A stretch of 64,000 nt of DNA from Candidatus Hydrogenedentota bacterium (GCA_963745075.1 CAVUWV010000028.1:156530-220529), one strand, 5' to 3'; positions 28,162-39,680 are shown, counted from the first letter of the stretch. The notes: generated by a model not told the origin, from the sequence alone. Numbers and translations: made by a program.

Positions 28162-29619
28162 CTAGAGAACGTAACCGAGATTTTCGAGTTCTTCGCGGGT
28201 CTCGGGGTCGATCTCTTCCGTCCTTCGCTTCTCGACCAAGGCATCGTCCAGGATCCAGTGGTACTTTTCGCGATACCCATCGACGAGGGACTGTAGTTTT
28301 GCGACGACTTCGGGCGAATTCGCACTTATCTCGTGTTTCTCGCCAGGGTCAGCCGAGATATCATAGAGTTCCATGGTCTTTACCGGAATGGAATGCTTGT
28401 CGTTGGCGGTCACAAGTCCATCTGCGTTATTACGCTCGCGTTTCACAGGGGGGTGATAATTCGCCGGGTTCCAAACATACTTGTACTGGTCGGTACGGAC
28501 AATTAGCATTTTGTCGCCCCACTCCCCGAATACGGGTCCCAGTGCTGCAGAAGCGGCAGTGAATGCGGGGACCAAGCTCTCCCCCTCCCACGATTTCGGG
28601 GCGGGGATTCCAAGCAATGCCAGGATCGTCGGCGCCGTGTGGATCACGCTGACAGGCTGCTCGATGCGATTCTTGCTCGGAACCTTGCCCGGCATCCAAA
28701 AGATGAACGGCACGTGGAGCGTCCCCTCATATACGGAGGCCTGATGGTGAAAGTACCTATGGTGATCGTATAGCTCCTCCCCATGATCGGCGGTGAAGAC
28801 AATAAGCGTGTTCCGCTGCAATCCCAGATCGCTCAGCTTAGTCTGGAGCATTTCAATCATGCGATCCATGAGAAGCACTTCGTCGTCATACAGGCTAATC
28901 ACGTGATCGAGGTCAGCCTTCGCCAAGTCTTCCTGGGCTACAAACACGTGTGTAGTGCGTTCGAAACTCCCGTCGAGGTGTCCAGAGTAGTTCGGATTCG
29001 TAAACGTACGATCTTTGACGGGCGGATCGTAGGGGCCATGGGGCGCGAAGAGATGGAGCCAAAGGAAGAACTTGTCCGTTGCGTGTGCGTCCATCCAATC
29101 CAATGCATCGCGGGTTGCCAACCGATCGAGCGGTTCCTGCGTATAGATATTCTTTTTGTCGAAGCCTTCGAAATTCTGACGTCCACCGTTGGTAACGAAA
29201 GCGCCGCATGTATAACCATGGTTCTTGAGCACCTCGGCCAAGGGTTCCAGATCGTTGGTCAACCGCATGCCGTTGTAGCGAACGCCATGAGAGACCGGCC
29301 ATAGTGCAGTGTGTATGGTGGCCAAGGACGGCCAGGTAGAGCCTTTCGGAACGAAGGCATGGGTAAATAGCGTGCCTTCCGAAGCAAACGCGTCGACATG
29401 GGGTGACGTATCACGGAAGTATCCGTAGCATCCCAGATGATCCGCCCGCAACGCGTCCACGGTCACCAAGACGACATTGGTGTGGCCGGGGGGCGGGTTA
29501 CCAGCGGCTTCCTTGGAATTTGATGGCGCCGACCCCGGTGTCGAAGTATCGCCGCCGCAACCGGCTAAAGATACAAACAGGGCGACGAGGAGTACAGACG
29601 AATAGAGTCGGCTTAACAT
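28162..29619 (-). CDS. Sulfatase-like (alkaline phosphatase superfamily) lipoprotein
   Basis: LAGC lipobox, VTVDALRADHL, PHGPY, TADHGE, C-terminal LENLGY. The catalytic motif reads TWPSL instead of CxPxR. Confidence 0.88.
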   Translation of the reverse strand: MLSRLYSSVLLVALFVSLAGCGGDTSTPGSAPSNSKEAAGNPPPGHTNVVLVTVDALRADHLGCYGYFRDTSPHVDAFASEGTLFTHAFVPKGSTWPSLATIHTALWPVSHGVRYNGMRLTNDLEPLAEVLKNHGYTCGAFVTNGGRQNFEGFDKKNIYTQEPLDRLATRDALDWMDAHATDKFFLWLHLFAPHGPYDPPVKDRTFTNPNYSGHLDGSFERTTHVFVAQEDLAKADLDHVISLYDDEVLLMDRMIEMLQTKLSDLGLQRNTLIVFTADHGEELYDHHRYFHHQASVYEGTLHVPFIFWMPGKVPSKNRIEQPVSVIHTAPTILALLGIPAPKSWEGESLVPAFTAASAALGPVFGEWGDKMLIVRTDQYKYVWNPANYHPPVKRERNNADGLVTANDKHSIPVKTMELYDISADPGEKHEISANSPEVVAKLQSLVDGYREKYHWILDDALVEKRRTEEIDPETREELENLGYVL

Positions 29620-29720
29620 AGGGAACGATTGCCTTTCCAAGCGTATAGAAACCGATAAGACGGCATTATCCTATCCCGAACCCAAGCCCTTCAAGTGTTG
29701 CGTGACGTGTACGCGCCGAA

Positions 29721-31394
29721 TCAGGGCTTGAGGAGACGCACCTTTCCACCTTTGTAACTCGCGCGCTCGGCGAAGGAAAGCGTCTCCAGGTACTCGCCCA
29801 CGTTACTGTCGATCCGGTTTTCGTGAATGGAAACGATCCAGATACGGTGGCTCTGGTATCGAACCTGGATACTTTTCATCGCATCGGTAGTTCCCGCCGC
29901 CACCTGCCGAAGCGACGATAGGAGTTCATCCGAGTCCTGCGGATTGAGTTTCCGAACGTATGTCTCGAAATAATACCGGAACGATGGATGACTGCGCGCG
30001 TACTCACGTTCTTCGGGAGGACGGTGCCGTGTTCGCGCCCTGGCTTCTCGAGAAAAGACGATAACGTCTCCCGGTTCGACATGTTCGGCGACGTACCTCG
30101 CCAAATCTTTCCAATCTACCGGTTCCATGCGCGTGAAGTCGTTGAACACGGCCGTCAAGGCAAACGGGCAATAGGCAATCGCCAGGACCGAGACGAAGGC
30201 AATCTCAAGCAGGAAATGACGTTGCTGGACAGGGCGGCCATGTTCCGCTTGGTGCGAGGGGCGTCTGTGGATGATCCGTTTCACGGCAAATCGCGCGGTA
30301 TACGCGCATCCGATGGCGATGAGAAAGACATAAAGCGGCACGAGGCTACAAAAGTACTTATCGTTGTACCAGTGACTGGCCTTCGTTACAAGAAACGGCA
30401 AGGGGACAAGGACGAACTGCGTCACGATTATCCAGGGCATAGCGCGAGTCCGTACGCATAGCCCAATGAAACCGGCAAGCATAAACCCGGCAAGTATCCC
30501 TTGCACCATGCGTGGTGCCGGAGGCATGAAGCTTACCAAGTAATTCCAGTAAAGACCGGGGGTCATCGAGAACTCATATTGGTATCCCAGGGGATCGACT
30601 ACTTCGTCCGCTGCGTCACCTTCATTCTGTGAATCCACATCGGCGACACGCAGTAGCAAAGGCGCACCAGTTGCGGCCACAGTGACCGCAAGCGTGCTCA
30701 TACCGAGTACAGCGCACAGACCCAGGGTCGCGATGCGCCGCACCTTTCGTTTTGCGCCGGGGACCGTTCGAGTGGCAATTATCCAACATCCAGCGCCGAC
30801 GAGCATCGCGGCATAGAATGGAATTACCGTCAACTGTACGATAACCGACCACATCGCGGTGAGTGTAAAGAATGCCCACGACTTCCCACCGCCTACCGCG
30901 ATGGCCTTGTACAGCGTGTAGACAAGTAGAATCTCCGCCAACATGACAAGGCTATAGAAACGCGCGCAGACACTGTAGTAAATGTCGTAAGTGTTGATTG
31001 CCATCAGGAAGGCCGCAACGAGTCCCGCACCGCGACCTGCCACTGACCTCGCAAGCAGGTGGATCGCCGGCACGGAGAGTACTCCCGCTGCCACGCTCGG
31101 TAAGCGGAGGGTGATCTCGGATTCCCCGAAGTACAGGCAGAAGTGCGCGAGAACGTAGTAGAGCGGATATGCGCGGTGGAACAAGACCGCGTAGAACGAT
31201 TGCGACGCCCCTTTGAGCGTCAGGATTTCGTCGCCCTGGAAACTTACATCGATACGGTAAATTCGCAACCCCACCGCCAGACCGATTATCAGCAACAGGA
31301 GCAGTGTTTCTGCACTTCGACTCCAACCGAAGGGCATCGTCCCAGCGCCCGACGACTGCCGTACCTGGTTTTCGGGAAGGCTCAATTCATCCAT
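29721..31394 (-). CDS. GT-C fold membrane glycosyltransferase (family 39 / PMT-like)
   Basis: LRIYRI...GDE, PLYY, LRLPS, ARFYSL, many transmembrane helices. Confidence 0.85.
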   Translation of the reverse strand: MDELSLPENQVRQSSGAGTMPFGWSRSAETLLLLLIIGLAVGLRIYRIDVSFQGDEILTLKGASQSFYAVLFHRAYPLYYVLAHFCLYFGESEITLRLPSVAAGVLSVPAIHLLARSVAGRGAGLVAAFLMAINTYDIYYSVCARFYSLVMLAEILLVYTLYKAIAVGGGKSWAFFTLTAMWSVIVQLTVIPFYAAMLVGAGCWIIATRTVPGAKRKVRRIATLGLCAVLGMSTLAVTVAATGAPLLLRVADVDSQNEGDAADEVVDPLGYQYEFSMTPGLYWNYLVSFMPPAPRMVQGILAGFMLAGFIGLCVRTRAMPWIIVTQFVLVPLPFLVTKASHWYNDKYFCSLVPLYVFLIAIGCAYTARFAVKRIIHRRPSHQAEHGRPVQQRHFLLEIAFVSVLAIAYCPFALTAVFNDFTRMEPVDWKDLARYVAEHVEPGDVIVFSREARARTRHRPPEEREYARSHPSFRYYFETYVRKLNPQDSDELLSSLRQVAAGTTDAMKSIQVRYQSHRIWIVSIHENRIDSNVGEYLETLSFAERASYKGGKVRLLKP

Positions 31395-31559
31395 GTGGCA
31401 CCTTGAAGAGTCCTTTTCCTCGGCAACCTATTCCCGGGAAACAAAAGAAGAATCACTGCATTAGATCGCACTGCGGATTTCGGATAGAATGGCAAGATTG
31501 GGGCCATCCATACACCGGCCGGCGTACGGCTAATCCTACCATTCAGGGGAACGGAGCTA

Positions 31560-33385
31560 ATGTACCGCATAGTGCTGTATTCGATCATCTCGACGTGCCT
31601 TCTTGGAGTCTCTTCGGCGAGCGGAAATGTATTCACCGAAGCGCGCAGTCTTCCGGAGTGGTGCGTATATGTAACGGCCGGGTCCGTGCGTCAGTTGGCG
31701 GCGGACCCGAACGAAGTGGCGACCGCCGTGACGCGATTGCGGGAATTGGGCGTCACCAAGGTCTTTCTCGAGGTCTATCGAGGGGATGTCGTTCCCACGG
31801 AGTCGTTAATCACCGTCCGGGACGCGTTGCGCGCGAAAGAGTTTGAGGTATCCGGTGGCATTGCCACCGTGCCGGGCGACGGGTTTGGCGTGCGCCAGGA
31901 AGCGCCGCTGGGCTGGTTCAACTGGCAGAACCCGAAAACGCAAGATGACATGCGAACCATCGTGGAGAATACGGCGGGACTATTCAATGAATTCATCATC
32001 GACGACTTCTTCTGTACTGGAGACCTGAGCGCGGAATCGCAGAAGGCGCGGGGCAACCGTTCCTGGTCGGACTATCGCCGGGATCTGATGGCCGGAATCG
32101 CGGAATCGGTCTTCATCGCGCCGGCCAAATCGGTCAACCCGAACATCACGATGATTATCAAGTATCCTCAGTGGTACGACAAGTTCCACGAGTTCGGATA
32201 CGACGTGGCCCGCGAGTCCCCCCTCTTCGACAAGGTCTGGGTGGGCACGGAAACGCGCGGGGCATCGACGCAACGTTTCGGGTACACGCAGGCGTACATG
32301 GGATTCAACAATTACCGCTGGATCGCCTCGATCGCCGGCGCAAAACGTCCGGTGCATGGTTCGATCACGGCGACTGCGACGCGATCGACTTTGTGGACCA
32401 GGCCTATCAAAGCGTTCTGGCCGGCGCTCCGGCGATCATGATCTTCAGTTACGGCGCGGTCCGCGAAGGGCATCCGGGGCATCCGTTGCTCATCGAGGCG
32501 CAGGACCAGCTGCAATGCTTGGCGGAGGTCGTTCGGCAATCGCCGGTGGTCGGGGTCGCCGCCTACAAGCCGCCCAACAGCGACGCGGGCAGCGACCTGT
32601 TCATCATGGACGCCATCGGTATGCTCGGCATTCCGCTGGTACCCGTCTCGAAATGGCCGGCCGACGCGGACGTTCTGTTTCTCCCAACGCAAGCCGCCGC
32701 CGATCCCAACCTTGCGCCATTGGTGCAGGAAGCCGTCAAAGCGAAGAAGACCATCATCATGACGCCGGGACTTCTCCATGCCGCCCAAGGTGCGAAAACG
32801 CTCGCTCAAGTGGCCGGCGTGGCCTCCCCCGTGGTCACGGAACCGCTGACTGCGGATCGCGCGCTGGTAAATGGTACGGAAGTCTCCCTTCCCCGCTCCC
32901 TGGACATCGCGGCAAAGCTGACCGTAACGGACGCGAAGCCGTTGGCATTTGCAACGGCCGGTGACGATCAAATACCGCTTTTGACCCGGCGCGACGTAAA
33001 AGGGGCCCGGGTGTTCGTTCTGAACGTGCGGAGTTATTCGCAAAAAGATTACGACGCGGTCGAGGAAGTGCTCCTTGCACCCCGTCCCCTCGGTCTTCTG
33101 GAATTGCCGCGCACCGTGGTCAACGTCCTACGCGCGGCATTCGATGAACCGTTTGGCATTACCTTCGACGCGGGTGCCCGGATCACGTTGCAGACTCTGG
33201 CGGATGGCAGCGCCGTTATTCAGAACTACCAGGACACCCCACAAACCATGCAGTTGACGGTTCCGGCGGGGATTCCGGGCGACGTGAAAGATTTGTTCGA
33301 GAACAACGAGGTGCGGCAAGAGGGAAATCAGATTTTTGTCAATTTGCCCCCCCGGTCACGCGTCTGGTTGTCGTCCATTCGGTAA
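31560..33385 (+). CDS. Exported hypothetical protein with a glycoside-hydrolase-like barrel, split by a probable indel near 32343
   Basis: Signal peptide, FIIDDFF, IIKYPQWY, WVGTETR. Adding one A to AAAA at 32342-32345 continues into GAWFDHGD. Confidence 0.65.
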
Positions 33386-33403
33386 GCAGCAGCCCGTAGC
33401 GCG

Positions 33404-35287
33404 CTACTTTCCGCGGAGCTTGCGCCAGAGCTTCTTGATCGGGTTATTGGTTTCCTCGGGCTCGTCCGTTGCCGGCCTACTCGAAGACGCTCCCGAAGAA
33501 TCGGCCATGATCGGCGCCTGTTCGGGATTAGATGCTGTTGCGGGGTCTTCCGTTAATCCAGAAGTACCCTGGGAAACTTGCGCAAAGAAGTCCTCGCGCG
33601 GGGGCAGGCCGTCCGTCCCGTACAACTTGAGCGATTGGCCGACGGAAAGCGTGTTGGCGTCACGCATACCATTCCACCATTGAAGGTCGCGGACAGTGAC
33701 CCCGTAAAGGCTCGCAATTTTCGAAAGGCTGTCCCCGGGCTGCACAACATGTTCTCGCCCGACCAGGTCTGACGATGCGGTGTCTTCCGCGATCGCTCTC
33801 GCCGTTTGAACAGCGCCATCCACGGTGTCAGTGATAGACTCTGGGGTGGAAGCATCCGTCGGCGTTAGCAAGTCGTTTCCGACGTATTCCGGGGCGGACA
33901 CCACCGTTTCCGGTTCCGTCTGCCAGTCCATGCGAACCAACTGGATGTACCACTGCGGCGCCGGTTCGACAGCCCGCGGAATCCGGAGCGTCGTCGCATC
34001 GGTGCTCGCCAACTTCGGACCACTTTCCCCGGCGCTCACTGCCCCACTTGCAGACAAGACGGGGGCGTTGGGTGGGGCCACCTGCGTGCCGATGGGACCT
34101 CGTTGCACTTCCGCCGTTGGCTCGGAATCGCTGTGGAACGCCGATAATAGGAGCGCGTACGTGACGGTGGCCAAGACGATGAACGCGACAAGCCCTACCA
34201 CGAGGGTCACGATATTGCGCTTCCTCCGGACCAGCATGCGAACGACCGACGTGCCGGTCAGGCGGGTCTCCGCTTCGGCAAGACGCCGGGGGCGGACCCT
34301 GCTGGACGATTCCGTGACCATCGGAATGGTCCATTCGCTGGACGCAACACTTCCCGGATGCGTGAGTTGCGCCTGGGCACGCATCAATTCCGCATGGAAG
34401 GCCTTCACCGATTCGTAGCGATTCTTGGGGCGCTTCGCGAGGGCTTGCTGTAACACATCGGCCAGTACCGCCGGGATTCGGCCCGGAGCCACGGCGTCCA
34501 AACGCGGCGCCGGAATGTTGACATGCGCGTTCAACACTTCGGTCAACGTGCCTCGGAACGGTGGCGCACCCGAAAACAGTTGGAACAGCAGAATCCCCAT
34601 GGAATACACGTCGGTCGCGGGCGAAATCTCGCCGAAGGTCTTCGAGTCAATCTGTTCCGGCGCCATGTACAGGGGCGTGCCCGGTCCGCCACTATCGGTC
34701 GTGGTGAGCCGGGACAACTGCTCCTCGTCGTCCGTCGACCGCGCAACGCCGAAATCCATCAGTTTTGCCGAAACCTCGCCGGTTTCGGAATGGGTAATCA
34801 TGATATTGGACGGTTTGATGTCGCGGTGAATGATTTCCAGGGCATGGATTCGCGACAGCGCTTCGAGACATTGGAGGCCGATCTGCAGCGCTTTGCCGAC
34901 CGGGAGCACGATTCCCTCTTCGGCGTTTCGTTCGAGGAGGAACTGCAAGGTCTCCCCTTCCACAAACTCCATGACAAGATGAATCTGTCCGCTCGATTCA
35001 AACCGATCGAAAAGGGTCACGATATGAGGGTGCGGTCCCACCTTGGCATGAAGCAGGCATTCGCGCTCGATGCGTTTGCGAAATTCGGAGTCGCGCGACA
35101 GTTCCTGTTTGACGCTCTTGATCGCGACCCGGCGATGGAGTTCCGTGTCTTCCGCGAGGCACACGGAACCCATGGCCCCGGCTCCCAGCGATTTGATCAC
35201 GCGAAACCGGTCCGACTCGAAGTCGATCTGTCCATCACTACTTTTACTGCGCTCGCCCGGCAGCGATGATGTAGAATCGGAATGCAT
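33404..35287 (-). CDS. Hanks-type Ser/Thr protein kinase with transmembrane helix and C-terminal LysM domain
   Basis: LGAGAMG, VAIK, HRDIKPSN, DFG, GTPLYMAPE; transmembrane segment; HVVQPGDSLSKIASLYGVTVRDLQWWN...LSVGQSL. Confidence 0.95.
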   Translation of the reverse strand: MHSDSTSSLPGERSKSSDGQIDFESDRFRVIKSLGAGAMGSVCLAEDTELHRRVAIKSVKQELSRDSEFRKRIERECLLHAKVGPHPHIVTLFDRFESSGQIHLVMEFVEGETLQFLLERNAEEGIVLPVGKALQIGLQCLEALSRIHALEIIHRDIKPSNIMITHSETGEVSAKLMDFGVARSTDDEEQLSRLTTTDSGGPGTPLYMAPEQIDSKTFGEISPATDVYSMGILLFQLFSGAPPFRGTLTEVLNAHVNIPAPRLDAVAPGRIPAVLADVLQQALAKRPKNRYESVKAFHAELMRAQAQLTHPGSVASSEWTIPMVTESSSRVRPRRLAEAETRLTGTSVVRMLVRRKRNIVTLVVGLVAFIVLATVTYALLLSAFHSDSEPTAEVQRGPIGTQVAPPNAPVLSASGAVSAGESGPKLASTDATTLRIPRAVEPAPQWYIQLVRMDWQTEPETVVSAPEYVGNDLLTPTDASTPESITDTVDGAVQTARAIAEDTASSDLVGREHVVQPGDSLSKIASLYGVTVRDLQWWNGMRDANTLSVGQSLKLYGTDGLPPREDFFAQVSQGTSGLTEDPATASNPEQAPIMADSSGASSSRPATDEPEETNNPIKKLWRKLRGK

Positions 35288-35530
35288 GCCTCAAGCTCCA
35301 GTATCCACAGCCCTTGAACGCTTATCTTACCACCTTACGGCATTGTTATCACAAGTATTTTTTGCCACCGGATTGCGTGCGGGGTTTGCGGGCTCGGTGG
35401 CTTTGGAAATTGCGTTATTCACGACCGCCGTCTATTATACGGTACCGTTCATCGCACCTTAAGGGTAAGGTTTTCAGTCGACTACACGCCCTGCGCGCAT
35501 GCAGGGTACGCACCGCAAGGAGACACTCAG

Positions 35531-36358
35531 GTGGACTACGCAGAAATCCTTTATGACGTAAGCGAATACATCGCGACGATTACCTTGAACCGGCCCGACA
35601 AGTTGAACGCGTGGACTTTCAAGATGGAAGCCGAATACAAACATGCGATGGCCGATGCAGAAATGCGTGACGACGTGCGCGCCATCATCCTGACGGGCGC
35701 AGGCCGGGGGTTCTGCGCGGGCGCGGATATGAGCCTGCTGTCCAGCGTGATGGGTGGCGAGGTTGATACGTCGGACCTCGATGCGTTTCACGCGGAACCG
35801 GGCCAGAGCGCCGAGACTCTCGATGACTTCAAAAAGCAATACTCGTTCCCCCCGGCGGTAAACAAACCGATCATCGCCGCCGTGAACGGACACGCCGTGG
35901 GCATCGGACTCGTGCATGCATTGTATTGCGACATCCGGTTTGCCAGCAGCACGGCGAAATTCGGGACAGCCTTCGCCCAACGCGGTCTCATCGCGGAACA
36001 TGGAATTGCGTGGCTCCTTCCGCGGATCGTTGGACTCGAAAACGCCATGGACCTGCTGTATACAGCACGCATTATTGAAGCGGAGGAGGCGCAGTCCATG
36101 GGCCTCGTGAGCCGGGTCGTGTCGCCGGACGATTTACTCGATGCGGCACGGGCTTATGCCATTCAACTCGCGACGCAATCGTCGCCCCGCTCGATTCGCA
36201 TCATGAAACGGCAAATCTGGGAAGCAATGTTCACCCGCCTCGGCCCCGCTATCGATGACGCCGTCAAGGAAATGATGGAAAGCTTTGGGTGTGAGGACTT
36301 TAGAGAGGGCGTACTTTCGTATATGGAGAAGCGACCGCCGAAGTTTACGGGGAAGTAG
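35531..36358 (+). CDS. Enoyl-CoA hydratase/isomerase family protein
   Basis: TLNRPDKLNA, FCAGAD, KPIIAAVNG, EKRPPKF. Confidence 0.95.
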   Translation: MDYAEILYDVSEYIATITLNRPDKLNAWTFKMEAEYKHAMADAEMRDDVRAIILTGAGRGFCAGADMSLLSSVMGGEVDTSDLDAFHAEPGQSAETLDDFKKQYSFPPAVNKPIIAAVNGHAVGIGLVHALYCDIRFASSTAKFGTAFAQRGLIAEHGIAWLLPRIVGLENAMDLLYTARIIEAEEAQSMGLVSRVVSPDDLLDAARAYAIQLATQSSPRSIRIMKRQIWEAMFTRLGPAIDDAVKEMMESFGCEDFREGVLSYMEKRPPKFTGK

Positions 36359-36462
36359 AGGGCCACGCTGGAGCGTGGTGATCCCAGTGGTGTCAATCCG
36401 CTTCTCTGTAAAACGCAACCGGATGGACCAGCAAGCTATTTCCAGCGTTCTCTTGGGAAGAA

Positions 36463-37236
36463 CTACTTCGGTGGCATACGGAGAGCGCCATCGAGGCGGA
36501 TCGTTTCGCCGTTGAGCATGGTGTTTTCAATAACATGTTTTACCAGTTCGGCGAATTCCGATGGCGTTCCGAGACGTTTCGGAAAGGGCACACTGTCGGC
36601 CAAGGCCTGTCGCCGGTCTTCGGGTAAGGCAGCGAGCAGGGGCGTATCAAACACGCCCGGCGCGATAGTGACAACGCGGATCGCGTGGCGGGCCAAGTCG
36701 CGGGCCACGGGTAAGGTTAAGCCTACGATACCCGCCTTGGACGCCGCGTAAGCGCACTGGCCGATTTGCCCGTCGTACGCGGCGACAGACGCAGTGTTGA
36801 CGATGACGCCGCGTTCACCGGTGTGCGTCGGATCGTTTTGCGCCATCTCGTGCGCGGCAAGACGCACAACATTGAACGTACCCACCAAGTTGATGGTTAA
36901 GACGGTCTGAAAAGCGTCCAGCGGGTGCGGTCCCATTTTGCTGACGGTGCTGATGGCGACGCTCACGCCGGCGCAATTGATGGCGCCATGCAACGCGCCA
37001 AACCGATCGACGGCGGTCCGGATGGCTTTCTGCACGGATTCTTCATTGGTCACATCCGTCGCCACGAATACCGCCTGGTCGCCAAGTTCCTTGGCGACGT
37101 TGCGGCCTTTCTCTTCGTTCATGTCCGCAATGACAATTGACGCGCCGGCCTCCACGAAGGTGCGGGCCGCTCCTTCGCCAAGTCCCGATGCGCCACCGGT
37201 GATTAGAAATGTCTTGTCAGCTACGTGCATGTGCAA
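36463..37236 (-). CDS. 3-hydroxyacyl-CoA dehydrogenase type II (SDR)
   Basis: [42 protein letters not shown]. Confidence 0.94.
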   Translation of the reverse strand: MHMHVADKTFLITGGASGLGEGAARTFVEAGASIVIADMNEEKGRNVAKELGDQAVFVATDVTNEESVQKAIRTAVDRFGALHGAINCAGVSVAISTVSKMGPHPLDAFQTVLTINLVGTFNVVRLAAHEMAQNDPTHTGERGVIVNTASVAAYDGQIGQCAYAASKAGIVGLTLPVARDLARHAIRVVTIAPGVFDTPLLAALPEDRRQALADSVPFPKRLGTPSEFAELVKHVIENTMLNGETIRLDGALRMPPK

Positions 37237-37300
37237 GTTCTCCTTCCGCGTAGATTGCGAGTTCTACTTTACCTACGGCGTCGCATCTGTGCGAACGGCG

Positions 37301-38293
37301 CTACGAATCGCCAATCGATTGCGGTCGCGTCTCCATCGACACAGATAACACGGCAATACTATGGACCGATTCGCGGGCATCAGAAGACAACCGAATCGCC
37401 GTTTGAGGTGTATCTTGCCCAAAGGTGGTGATGATCAGATCGTTTTGTGCGCCTAAGACGAGGCGGCCATCGCCTAATCGGAGGAGCCCACGCAAATACC
37501 CCTCATCTACATCGATGCGCTCCATTACGTCGCCGGAAGCACCGTCAACATGAACAATCGCGCTACTGGGCGTGTCATTGCAGAGCAGAGTACCGTCCGG
37601 AAGCGAGACCAAGTTGTGACGAGGGACGCTTGCATTCCCGCTAACACGCGTAATCTGGGAATCTCCCGAATGATCCATCGTCAAGAGTGCGGAGATACGT
37701 TCCCCGCCCGTATCCATTTGACCGAGTGATAGTAGGAGTCCACCGTCGGGACGAAAGAGAAGACCATTCAAATGGGTGCGGTCGAATTGGGAAGGATCAT
37801 GCGACCCCGGATCGCGGAAATCGATAGAAACGCTAGCGGGATCTACGAGCGCGGACTGGTTGGTTGATTTCAACAGGTCTGACACGGCTTCCATCGTCCG
37901 TATGTTGAGGCAATCGAGGAGGGAGCCGTCGGGATGAAACTGGAATAGTAAATCATTTCGCGTGGAGGTCACCCACAGGGAGCCGTCGTGAAAGGCAATT
38001 TCATGGATATCCGCGCAGGCCGGATGGCTGATTACATCGATCAAACCCCAAGACGCGTCAAAGCGATAAATCGAACTGAAGTTCGCAATATAGACTTCGT
38101 CGCCATCAACCGCGATCCCACGTCCACCGCGCATACCCCCCCGCGGGTTTGGGTCGAGGGTGCGAAAGGGCGCTTCCGCGATCGGGCAGCGGCGGAGCAC
38201 CACACCCTCGTCGATATCCGCGACGTAGAGATACCCGGAGGTTTCGTGGACACTACAACCGCGCACGATTGTTGTTGCCAGAATTCGCGTCAT
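37301..38293 (-). CDS. Hypothetical beta-propeller protein
   Basis: Repeated strand motifs (GRGIAV, IHEIAF, HLNGL, PRHNL, LRGL, VHSI); follows moeA closely. Confidence 0.6.
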   Translation of the reverse strand: MTRILATTIVRGCSVHETSGYLYVADIDEGVVLRRCPIAEAPFRTLDPNPRGGMRGGRGIAVDGDEVYIANFSSIYRFDASWGLIDVISHPACADIHEIAFHDGSLWVTSTRNDLLFQFHPDGSLLDCLNIRTMEAVSDLLKSTNQSALVDPASVSIDFRDPGSHDPSQFDRTHLNGLLFRPDGGLLLSLGQMDTGGERISALLTMDHSGDSQITRVSGNASVPRHNLVSLPDGTLLCNDTPSSAIVHVDGASGDVMERIDVDEGYLRGLLRLGDGRLVLGAQNDLIITTFGQDTPQTAIRLSSDARESVHSIAVLSVSMETRPQSIGDS

Positions 38294-38312
38294 CGTCTGT
38301 CTAGTACCTTCT

Positions 38313-39527
38313 CTAAAGATCCAGAAGTTCGAAACGAACCGGAGTCCCGCCGCGGACTTCGCCGGAATCGGGTTCGAATCGAATCATGGCGTTGGCGCCA
38401 ACGGCCGTATATATATCCGCCGAGCCTCGCCCTTTACAGGGCACGACGTACCACTCGTTGGATTCATAGCGAGCAATGGCGAGTTGGAAGACGGTGCGCG
38501 TGCCCTTGACTACCATCGTTTCCGTCAGCGTGCCCGTCAAGACGGGCCGCAGTCCATCGTGACCGGACATCTTTCGAACGGCCGGCGTCACGTAGCGGTG
38601 AAATCCCAGGTGGCACGATAACGGGTTGCCCGGTAACCCGAAGAAAAGCTGATGGTCGCGTGTTGCGAACAGTAGCGGCTTACCCGGTCGTTGCGTCACT
38701 TTGTGAAAAACCGTCCTCGCGCCATACGCGGTCAAAGCATCGGGAACACTGTCGTACTTCCCGGCGGACACGGCTCCGGAAAGGAGCACGATATCCGCGT
38801 CCTTTGCTTGCTTGAGGCATTGCGTCAACGACTGCGGCGTATCCCCCGCATGCGTTTCAACAATGCGCGTCATTCCATTGTTGCGGGCCATGGTCGCGAG
38901 CATGACCCCGTTGGAATTGCGGATCTGCGCGGGACCGGGGATTGCGTCGATTGGGACCAATTCGTCGCCCGTCGTAATGATGGCAAGCGACGGACGCGGA
39001 ACCACCGACACCTTCGAACTTCCGAACGTGGCGGCTGTAGCAATTGCCAGGGGAGTCAAAACATTGCCTGCACGCAATACCGCGTTCTCACGGGTACATT
39101 CGCTCCCCGAGGGTGCGATATTCTTCCCCGCCACGATATCTGCGGGCAGCGTGACGCGATCTCCGGTACGTTCCACCATTTCTTTTTGCACGACTGCCTC
39201 GGTTCCGTCGGGGCACGGCGCACCGGTCATGATTTCGACAGCTTCATGGGAACGCAACGGGCTGTTTGCAATTCTTCCTGCCGCCACCTCGCCCACAACC
39301 GGGATCGTCTGGCCAGCATCGGCAACCCGGACGGCGTATCCATCCATCATCGCGCGCGGAAACGGCGGATACTCGCGGTCGGAAACGATGGGTTCGGCAA
39401 GAACGAATCCGGCTGCCTCACAAATAGAAACCGTAACGGGGTCAAGCGGAGCCGCCGCATCGAGCACAAGCTGCAATGCGGTGTCGGGATCGATCATGTG
39501 GCGCATGGCTATAGATTCAGTCTGCAT
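38313..39527 (-). CDS. moeA: Molybdopterin molybdotransferase MoeA
   Basis: AMMDGYAV, IMTGAP, TGDEL, IRNSN, RPGKP, GLPGNP. Confidence 0.96.
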   Translation of the reverse strand: MQTESIAMRHMIDPDTALQLVLDAAAPLDPVTVSICEAAGFVLAEPIVSDREYPPFPRAMMDGYAVRVADAGQTIPVVGEVAAGRIANSPLRSHEAVEIMTGAPCPDGTEAVVQKEMVERTGDRVTLPADIVAGKNIAPSGSECTRENAVLRAGNVLTPLAIATAATFGSSKVSVVPRPSLAIITTGDELVPIDAIPGPAQIRNSNGVMLATMARNNGMTRIVETHAGDTPQSLTQCLKQAKDADIVLLSGAVSAGKYDSVPDALTAYGARTVFHKVTQRPGKPLLFATRDHQLFFGLPGNPLSCHLGFHRYVTPAVRKMSGHDGLRPVLTGTLTETMVVKGTRTVFQLAIARYESNEWYVVPCKGRGSADIYTAVGANAMIRFEPDSGEVRGGTPVRFELLDL

Positions 39528-39680
39528 TTTCTGGTACTCACGCGGTCGCCGACCGCGCGATCTTTCCGGACAACGTAAGCATGGAGTAACGGTCTACATC
39601 CCTTACGATACCAGATTGTAGAGATGTCGCGCTCGGTAAGCGCGACATTACGGGTTGTCCGAGTCGAGCAAAACTCGGTG

